From Girardia tigrina (Eukaryota), in assembly GCA_001938485.1 (NCBI GenBank), contig MQRK01179601.1, positions 1-60,645 of the forward strand: a DNA stretch of 60,645 nucleotides. The letters run 5' to 3'. The notes under the pieces are model-generated. The model saw nothing but the letters and a program-made list of their open reading frames with translations, did no database searches and had not been told where the DNA came from. The translations under genes and the position numbers were made by a program. This document shows, one piece after another, positions 52,721 through 60,645 of this stretch (position 1 is its first letter; every line of letters starts with the position of its first letter).

Positions 52721-52929
52721 ACACCATTCCAACTTGTATTTCAAAGATTAACAATTGAATTTCAAAGAATAACAATTTTATTTCATTTTTGTAAATTGTA
52801 GTTCAAATGCCATAACAATTTTAATCATTTTAAATAATAATTCACTGTAGAAAACGTGAGTATGGTATCCAAGGTAAAAATACAATGTAAAGAGATATTT
52901 TAAAAGCATATTTTGTTTACAAAAACATG

Positions 52930-53060
52930 AGATGTAGTCCATAAATAACGTCACACGATTTTAAAAACTTTCCAACCCCCTCCCCCTCGTCACATTTCAT
53001 CACAAAAGGCCTGAATCCCCTGGAATATGACGCCACAAAGCTCTGACCCCACCATCTACA
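52930..53060 (+). mobile_element. single end of a MITE-like DNA element
   Basis: GTCCATAAATAACGTCACA...ACCCCCTCCCCCTCGTCAC is a terminal motif typical of widespread invertebrate non-autonomous elements; no partner end was seen. Confidence 0.45.
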
Positions 53061-53179
53061 CTTCCCTTTTGTTACCGTAAAGTGCTTAAATAGATAAAAC
53101 TTGGTGGATTGAACTACGTGCATCATTCAGTTTTGTCGTCGATTCACTAAACTTTTTACAAGTCACTGATCACATTTAA

Positions 53180-53411
53180 CCCTACAATGCGCCGTGATTC
53201 ATATTTGAATCAACCATATTTTACCTCAATATCTTTTAATGACGTGATATTCTTTGAGTGTTTACATACTGTGAACCAAAAACATTGTCTATGGAATGAT
53301 AACTGCCCATAAAGTCATAGATGCAATATATTTTGTCAACAAAAATGACAGTTCAGTTTGTAATACTGGCCGCGTGTTTTATGATAATTAAAAAAATTGC
53401 GCATTGTAGGG
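53180..53411. mobile_element. piggyBac-type MITE
   Basis: TTAA-CCCTACAATGCGC...GCGCATTGTAGGG-TTAA. Confidence 0.92.
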
Positions 53412-53514
53412 TTAATAAGTCGAGTCGAGTCAAACTATTATAGCGATAAGAAAATTCAAAATAAGAAAAATTTATAATACACTTTACTTATTCCATAGAT
53501 AAATTCACAAAATT

Positions 53515-53760
53515 TATGCTTCTCCCTTCTCCCTTGGCGAATGAAAATGCTCTTTCATAGAATAAACATGGAAAGCACGAATCTGTGCATCCGGTGGAGT
53601 GAAGATACCATTCAGATCAAAGTCTTCTTCGTCTATCCAATCCACATTCGCTCCATTTTATTCGTTCGCAATTATAACCATTAGTTCACGTTGTTGATGT
53701 GCAGCGATCCTCTGTGGCCTGATGAGTTTAGGTGGAACAAAAATCGATTCCTGCTTGTGG
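53515..53760 (-). mobile_element. possible 3' end of an LTR element (integrase tail plus polypurine tract)
   Basis: RPQRIAAHQQRELM...* followed by GGGAGAAGGGAGAAG. Confidence 0.35.
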
Positions 53761-54029
53761 GAAACAGAATGGTTACGGAGCAAAACTAATGACACAAAGT
53801 ACGTGTGTCATGTCTTGCAAATCCTATCACTAAAAACAGATTGTATTGATGGACAGTACAAGTCATATGGAATCGAGCGATAAGTATTTGAAAAGCGAGG
53901 AAGAATGCTTCGTTGTACAAACATAGATGGGAATTTATGAAATTCTCCGTATGTTGACCTTTCTGGAATACGTAGACCTTTGCTAGATTGAATAACTGGT
54001 AAATGAGCAGGAAGAAATCTTTTCTGTTA

Positions 54030-54105
54030 TCTACAAATACTCTTCTTAAACGCTCTAAATCATTCAGAATATGGATTTAGAGCGTTTAAGAAGAGTATTT
54101 GTAGA
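54030..54105. repeat. perfect 32-bp inverted repeat with a 12-nt loop
   Basis: TCTACAAATACTCTTCTTAAACGCTCTAAATC / GATTTAGAGCGTTTAAGAAGAGTATTTGTAGA. Confidence 0.95.
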
Positions 54106-54246
54106 ACAATAAGTAGTGCTAAAGTAGTCTCTATCACGTCCAAAGTTCAGTTTCCTCTCAAAGAAATCGAAAACAGTTTGTGATTTGCAAGCTAATCTGG
54201 TATATAAATTTAATTGTCACGGGTGTCAAAACTCGTACATCGGAGA

Positions 54247-55275
54247 GATCTATGTACTCGGCGAACTTTTGGGGATTTCGAAAGCCGAAAGGATCAGGAT
54301 GGATGAGATATTAATTGGATGCAAAGCCCAATGGATATCATCGCTCGGAGAAGAATCATACACAATACCAAGGTCGATTTAGGAGAATGCCCGGAGAACG
54401 TCAAGCAGACCAGTGGATGCGAACTCATCGGAGGAAAGAAGATCAGCGGTCGGAGAAAGCAACATCTGGTAGAATGTCTCAGAGTGGATGCTCACTGGCG
54501 CTTTGGAGCCGAGTACAGTTTCAGTGAATTTAAAAGAGACGTTCTGCAGGAAAACTTACTGAAGATGGATGGGAAAGATCGAGAAAGTATTCCGACTGAA
54601 GAGAATCCAAAGAAGCGGGACGAGCAAACACTAAGACTGGTGCTACCGCGTCTGAAAGAACACAGCTGCCAAATGGATGCCTGTCAAAAACAATATGTGG
54701 AAGTGAAGGAGTTAAACAGGCATCTCAGAAGAGATCACGAAGGAGCAGAGCCAATCCCGCGGAAGAAGAGAGAGAAGAAAGCCCAGCCACATCAGAAGAA
54801 AGGAAAATATCAATGTCAACACTGCCCGAGGGAATACAAGGCCGCTGGTTTCCTAAGGATTCATATTCAGAAGAATCATCAAGAAACGCGAACATCCAAC
54901 GCCCAGAGAGAAGAAAACTTGGAAGAAGAGTACGAGGAAGAGCCGACATCAAACCAATCCAATCCTCAGTTGCCGGACGTAATTGTGAGTATGCCAAGGA
55001 TACAGCCGAACGACGATGCCGAAAAGAGACGAACCTACAATACCGACTGCCAGCCGATTACAAGACTGCAAGAGGACAATTTAAATGCCCGTTTCGCGGT
55101 TGTTAGCGTCCACCGTAACAGCCAACGGCATGTACGGCCATGGCAAGCCGACTGCTCAGAGGCAGAAGGCCACTGACTCCGTAGGAGGCCTATCGGGGGG
55201 CCATTAGGACTTTAGTTTGGGTGGACCCTCTAAAGAGCCTTAGGCTCAATACCATTACAGAGATTGGAGGCCCAC
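54247..55275 (+). mobile_element. 5'-truncated RTE-like LINE with two C-terminal C2H2 zinc fingers
   Basis: 10-bp TSD ACATCGGAGA (54237-54246 and 55276-55285). RTE post-RT motifs LLGIS...DEIL, IIARRR and ELIGGKK..GRRK; fingers CQMDAC...LNRHLRRDH and CQHC...LRIHIQKNH. Confidence 0.85.
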
Positions 55276-55683
55276 ACATCGGAGAAACAAATCGTCATCT
55301 CAAAACCCGGATTAGTGAGCACTCGCAAATGAGTCGATCGAGTAAAGTTCTTGATCATTGGTTATGTTGTAAGGATAGAGCCTCATCCATTTCAATAGAT
55401 GAGTTTTCTGTTCTACAAAAGGGTTTTGATTCACATTACGAACGACAGTTTTGTGAATCTCTACTAATAGGACACTACAACTCATCAATTAACATTCAGA
55501 ATGGCCAAAGTAAGGTTATTTCAATACTTAAAATTTTTAATTAAAATATTCTTTTTGCCATTATTACCCAATAATACTTTGATAAATAATTATAATTATT
55601 TTTTGGTTACATTTTAAAGTAAATATATCTATTAAAATTGTATTATTGAAACAATTCAATATTCATATACTAAATATCCGAAA

Positions 55684-55725
55684 ATTGCTGATGATGATGT
55701 ATGTAAACATCGAAACATGTCCAAT
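55684..55725 (+). ncRNA. minimal type I hammerhead ribozyme (Penelope-associated)
   Basis: Reads ATTG-CTGATGA-T-GATGT(atgtaa)ACATC-GAAA-CATG-TC-CAAT: complete core, GUC cleavage triplet, stems I and II, palindromic ACAUGU stem III. Confidence 0.88.
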
Positions 55726-55769
55726 AATTATATAAAAAAAGCTTTAATCAAATTATATTGATATAAAAA

Positions 55770-56750
55770 ATAGGCGTAACCAGGGTACTTTGCGCCATGG
55801 AGCAAACTATAATATTGGCGCCCCGCCTCCATGCTTGTGTTTATTTTCTATTGCATTAACATAGAAAATAACCTTACTGTATACGGAAAAACAATTTAAA
55901 TTTTAATGGAACATTGTATTTAAAGAAGAAACAATGGTAAACAAATACAAGCATTTATTTATTTACAAAGTCTACAATAGATTTATTTTTCTTGATTTCA
56001 CGGTCGCAAACTGGTCAATCACGTCATCGAAATCTGTTGTTTCCAATGTTTCTCTTTCAAGTTTAGGAAGAGCAAAATCCCTGAGACAATCCTGTACCAT
56101 TGATAAACGGAGATACGACAAACTAAGTCTAAATTTGGAGAACGACCGCTCAGAGCTTGCAAATGAAACTGCTATTGTTAACAAAATTTGTAGTGAAATT
56201 CGCAGATTCGGAAATACGTCATTTCCATAAAACACAATAAAACCAAGATGATTTAAAAGAGTTTCTGGTAGAGCTTCAGTTCGGTTACTGAGCAACAATC
56301 TGCAATTACAAATTTAGATGAAAAGTTCGTAGCCATTGATGTCCGAGTCGTAGAAATTTGCAAATTCTGCACAAATTAGACAAATTGCATCATCATCTAT
56401 GAAAATAGAAGAGTTTTCACATCCAGAAAAAAATCCAAATTTATTGTTCAGATCTTTTAGTCGTGAAAAACGTGTTGATATCTCATGTTGAAGCCGATCA
56501 AATACATTCTTCATAACGCGCACAATTTCTTCTGATGAAAGTCCTGTATGTCTTGCCAGTTCTCCAGACATTCTCTTACATCGTCTGATTCTTCTGTCCA
56601 CCTCATTTGGAAAATTATTTGTTTAAGTTTATTATTTATTAAAATAATTTTATTAAAGATTGCAACAGTTTTATCAAAGATTACGATCGTTTTATTAATG
56701 GTTTCAGGACTTTTACTAAAGATCGAAAAACAATAAATAACAAATGGATG
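55770..56750 (-). mobile_element. hAT (Tip100/ZMYM1-like) transposon 3' part
   Basis: Reads FPNLRISLQILLTIAVSFASSERSFSKF...DFDDVIDQFATVKSRK; terminal GGCGTAACCAGG...GGCGCCCC region. Confidence 0.92.
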
Positions 56751-56996
56751 ACTTCTCTTGACAATTATAGATAACTTTTCTCTGGTCTAAATTTATCAAC
56801 CAAAATCTCATGGAATTTACAAATATTGTTTAAACATAAAATTAATACCAAAAGTAAGTTGAAATTGATGAAAATAATATCAAAAGGCAAAATCTACCAA
56901 ACATTATGAGAACTATAACGAACACTTTCAAATGAATAGATTTAAATTAGATGAATCAATCTTGAAGAAATATTTGATGATGGTTCTTGCTTTCAG

Positions 56997-57053
56997 ATCG
57001 AGGAAGTGAACTTGAAAAGGGAAATAGATGCGGACAGTGATGGTGAAAGATGA
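56997..57053 (+). CDS. candidate terminal exon (IEEVNLKREIDADSDGER*)
   Basis: ttcttgctttcAG acceptor followed by a short purine-rich frame ending in TGA. Confidence 0.25.
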   Translation: MEEVNLKREIDADSDGER

Positions 57054-57483
57054 CTGTGACAAACTGCATTAACGAATTGAATGATATTAATTGACATTTT
57101 TCGGAAGTTAATTTTAAAATACTGACAAAACAATTTAATCATTTGATTGTGGAGTCTTTTTAATTGTTTAGTTAAAACGTTGATTAATTGTTCTATTTAT
57201 TGGGATTTTCCGGAATTTGGATTCAAACTGGATCATCTATTTAATTATTTTTATTTTTTTCAAAAAATAAAAGGAATTCATTTGAAAAAAGAAACTGGAA
57301 TAAAATGAATTATTCAAAATGTTTCATGACTGATTAATTATTCAAATAATTATTTATAATTTTAGTATAAATATTTATTAAAAAATATAATTTATTAAAG
57401 TATATATAGATAGATATTAACCCTTCAATGCATGATTTTTTTTTAATTAAAAAAAATTTCGTTTATAGGAACGAAGTCATAGA

Positions 57484-58640
57484 TTATGTAAACCGCCAAA
57501 AATAATCTCCAATGTTTTCATTCATTGATAATTTATTGCTGATGGTCATGGTAACCGATTCTTCATATTCTTCTTCAATGTTATTCACGAATCTCCGATT
57601 ATCTCCTGTTCCTCTGTCTTCTCTTTCTCTATATCTTTGTTGATTGTAGCCCACTCCTCGATAGTTATTGTCCCCTGTATTTTGTTGTCTTCTTCTGCCA
57701 TTAAGGTTTGTATAACATTCACTTTCACTGTGCCCTTTATCTTGACATCTTTTGCATTCGATGTTTGGACAGTTTCTTCTTACGTGTCCCTGTTTTCCAC
57801 AACCATAACATTTTATTGGTCTCCTTTCCGAACAATTTCTTATCATGTGTCCTTCTTTTCCACATCCGAAACACTTGATTGGTTTTCTTTGTCTACACGT
57901 TTCACTTGTGTGACCTACTTTTTCACAATTTCTACATTTAACCACTTTCATGCCTTGAGCGTATTATGTAGTATTTCAACCAACCCCTGTCTGATTTTGT
58001 CCGTATTTACTGTCTCCTGTTACTGCTTCTCTGTAGCTCCGGCGTCTGTTTCGCATCCTCTGGTCTCTTACTACATTCACGTCTTCTGTCACACTTTTGA
58101 TGTCATGTACTGCCTTTATCTTTTCTTTTATCTCATCTATTCCTTTAACTTTGTTAAGTCTCACTTCTTTTTTTATGTCCACATCATCACAACAATGTAA
58201 CAATAATGCTTCCGTGAGGGCGTCTTTTGACAAGTCATGTTTCAAGATCTTGGCTGCGAGCTTTTCTACTTTCTCAAAAAATACTTCCGGTATATCTTCC
58301 TTCATCCTGTACCGGCATGCCTCAGCCAGGTCTTCGAATAGTGAGGAAGTTCGAGAGAATGCCTTTCTCAATCGGTCTTTATAACCTTGTCTTATCTACC
58401 GCTTTGTATCGATCTTTCAGATCTCTGTCCTACAAACAAACGACTATTGTCTCTTGTTTGGCCTTCGATATTCCTGCAAAATTAAAGAATGTTTCACATT
58501 CTTCAATAAATGTCTCCACATTATCGCCTTTCCTGTACTTTTCAGGTAACAGTTGACCCGTGAAGATATCCATTGCAGCGTTAGTCGCCATGTGAGAAGT
58601 GGTTGCAACCTCTATATCAGAATTCAGGCGAAATAAAAAT
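57484..58640 (-). mobile_element. gag: Gypsy 5' fragment: LTR end, PBS (TGGCGAC) and degenerate gag with four CCHC knuckles
   Basis: CACA-TGGCGAC at 58594-58584, then MATNAAMDIFTGQLLPEKYRKGDNVETFIEEC. Knuckles are CRNCEKVGH, CFGCGKEGH, CYGCGKQGH and CKRCQDKGH; stops and frameshifts are present. Confidence 0.92.
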
Positions 58641-59163
58641 TTAAATTAACCCCTCATATAATTAATGATCATTTTAATTTTTATCCAATAAGTTTTGAGT
58701 AAATATTCTAATAAATTATTTATTCCTCCGTTTGCTAAAAATAATAAGAATTAATTCATTATTCTATTTAGTTGGAATGTACAAGTACAAAGCTTTGATA
58801 AAGATTGTCTTAAGAACAATCAAACTTGTTGTGTAAATAAAAATATGAAAAATCAAATCGGTGTTCTTAATAAGACTGAAACACAAATAAGATATATTTT
58901 TATGGAAAGTAAAGATTTTCAACATATTTAATTTTTTTGGAATGTAAATGTCGAATTTAATGAGTGGTTTAAGCTAAAAGATTTATTTTTTTTGAAATGG
59001 AATTCTTTTAATGTTAATCGGAAGATATTTTGTATGATTTAAAAAAATATTCTTATACTTCTTTTAAAATTATATATACCTTATTTTGCAAAAAAATATT
59101 TATGTCTTAAGATTTTTTATTTCTACAGTTCATAATTAATTACAAAAACTGGATAATTTAAAA

Positions 59164-59235
59164 CAGGAGTGTCCAACACATATTATCTTACGGGCCTCTT
59201 TGAAAACAATCATAACTCAGCGGACCACATTTAAA
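59164..59235 (+). mobile_element. hAT-like terminal sequence (single end)
   Basis: CAGGAGTGTCCAAC...GGGCC...GCGGACCACA resembles Buster/Charlie-type ends; no partner end in the window. Confidence 0.45.
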
Positions 59236-59344
59236 ATTATATATCTTCTTTCACTGTTCAATTTCATAACACAAATTCCCAATCACAAATTTTGGCCTAA
59301 AGAGGGCCGTATGTCTTTCTCCTTAGATTTGTATCTCTGGAGTT

Positions 59345-59710
59345 TAGTCTCGCAACAGTTTCACTCCCACCTGGATCTCTCTGCTTTTGAAAGGATAGAA
59401 CAAATAGGTCTGACATAGTTTACCGACGTCCAATAAATAGACCCAAGCCATATCATCATAGATTTCAATTATTTCCTCCCGCAAGAAACAGTGCGGTCGG
59501 ACCATTGCGACACAGATTTACCGCCACAGGTCTCGGTAAAAGAGAAGTGTTGTCACAACTGGCGTTATCGATGTTCATTTCTTTTTGCATTGTGTTGAAT
59601 GTTTTGATTTGTTCTGGATCGTAGATTCGTAATTTAATATTTTGTATTGATGACATGTCGACAATCTCGATTTTACTTTTCTTGGATTTTCTTTCTTCTT
59701 TTACATACAT
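59345..59710 (-). pseudogene. extended Tudor domain relic (frameshifted)
   Basis: Reads IEIVDMSSIQNIKLRI...MQKEMN...LLPRPVA, frameshift at ~59520, then ICVAMVRPHCFLREEIIEIYDDMAWVYLLDVGK. This fits the Tudor pattern P..G..C.A.....xRxxI......V.xxDxG. Confidence 0.65.
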
Positions 59711-59722
59711 TTTACGATCGTT

Positions 59723-59841
59723 TTTGAAGAAGAAAAACGATAACACAACTCCCATTCCGGCATCGACAAGTGTTTTAATGAAACCATCCGACAGATAACG
59801 ATCGACTTTCATTTCAATTCCTCATCGGTTTTAGAAACCAT
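59723..59841 (-). pseudogene. MICOS10: Mic10 (MICOS10/MINOS1) N-terminal fragment including TM1
   Basis: MVSKTDEEL, 1-bp frameshift, MKVDRYLSDGFIKTLVDAGMGVVLSFFFFK aligns without gaps to Mic10 ELGRKWDRCLADAVVKIGTGFGLGIVFSLTFFK (recalled from memory). Confidence 0.78.
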
Positions 59842-59985
59842 AATACAATCGCAATTCGTTTTATTAGAAAATAAAACCAAAGATTCTTTTTTATCGATTT
59901 CCAAAAAAACTTTATTAGTTATCAAATCATATTACAATAATTCGTTTAAACAAACGAATTCCAGTAAACAATTTTTAAATTTTTA

Positions 59986-59991
<6 letters not shown>

Positions 59992-60028
<37 letters not shown>
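59992..60028. repeat. (TA)n microsatellite
   Basis: Direct observation. Confidence 0.95.
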
Positions 60029-60034
<6 letters not shown>

Positions 60035-60645
60035 ACAATTATTTATTTTTTTTCTAAACCTTTTTTAATAAATAATTTTTGCTTTTTTAATTTGGTTCAA
60101 TAAATTTAATATTATTTAACATCATATTAGATTTTAACCCACTACAGATATTTTTGGAGTGAAAAATGAAACATAATGGGTTTCTATTAACTCTGCAATC
60201 TTAAAAATGTTTTTATTAATTTTAAAATAATCCTTATCCATTCTATCTTGAATCAGGCTGGTACCGTACATAGACGCACAATATTGTTTCAATGATAAAA
60301 AAGTAAATGTTATAAAAAATGGATCCTGGTCTTAGAGAAAAAATTTTTTCATTATATATTTCCAGACAATATGTGCTATTAATTTAAGTTTAATAATCTG
60401 CAAAAATTTCCTAAAAGTTCTCTTGTATCAAGAATATTGAAAATTTTTATAACGCCTTCTCTTCTAAGGCCTTTTAATCCTAGATTTCTAAATAAAATGT
60501 GATACAATTTTTTTAATCTAATTATGTATGTGAGGAGAATTATTATCGAAATTAATAATTGTATGTTGTGTAATTTATGTATGGAATGTTTGAGGTGTGA
60601 TCTTTGTATTGTTGTGTAATAGGTCACGACCGAAATAGTGTGTAT

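Larger units (their letters stand above)
53770..55730 (+). mobile_element. degenerate Penelope-like element interrupted by an RTE insertion
   Basis: RT relic, then ANLVYKFNCHGCQNSYIGE | insertion | IGETNRHLKTRISEHS...ESLLIGHYNSSINIQ; a hammerhead lies downstream. Confidence 0.9.

Noticed and set aside
53715-53770. CTGATGA...GAAAC hammerhead-like motif
   Set aside because: Stem II cannot close, and no stem I partner or NUH site is correctly placed.
54319-55176. 285-aa ORF as a host C2H2 zinc-finger transcription factor
   Set aside because: It is bounded by a 10-bp TSD and its N-terminal part carries RTE post-RT motifs, so it is a LINE tail.
57484-57951. CNBP-like multi-knuckle host protein
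   Set aside because: It is continuous with an upstream gag capsid region, PBS and LTR end.
59465-59560. PTALFLAGG as a PIF1/Helitron helicase motif
   Set aside because: It is the out-of-frame tail after the frameshift; the alternative frame gives a better Tudor match.

Overview
This is very AT-rich eukaryotic (invertebrate-like) draft-assembly DNA with several N gaps. It is dominated by degenerate transposable elements. These include Ty3/Gypsy and BEL/Pao LTR-retrotransposon relics, Penelope-like elements (GIY-YIG endonuclease) with minimal hammerhead ribozymes, and RTE LINE 3' ends. DNA transposons include six mariner copies, Tc1-like, hAT and piggyBac elements, plus MITEs and foldback elements. 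I can support no intact host gene, rRNA, tRNA or CRISPR array, only a few candidate spliced exons. The most notable observations are: (i) a chimeric host-gene relic fusing the first transmembrane segment of Mic10 (MICOS10) to an extended Tudor domain (59345-59841); (ii) a frameshifted DmX-like/Rabconnectin-3alpha fragment tied into interleaved inverted repeats A-B-A'-B' (37544-38930); (iii) two covarying minimal hammerhead ribozymes downstream of Penelope ORFs; (iv) two divergent Gypsy elements whose gag ATG is formed by the LTR/PBS junction; (v) an RTE LINE with C-terminal C2H2 fingers inserted, with a 10-bp TSD, into the YIG motif of a Penelope endonuclease. All family assignments come from motifs recognised by eye; no database search was run.
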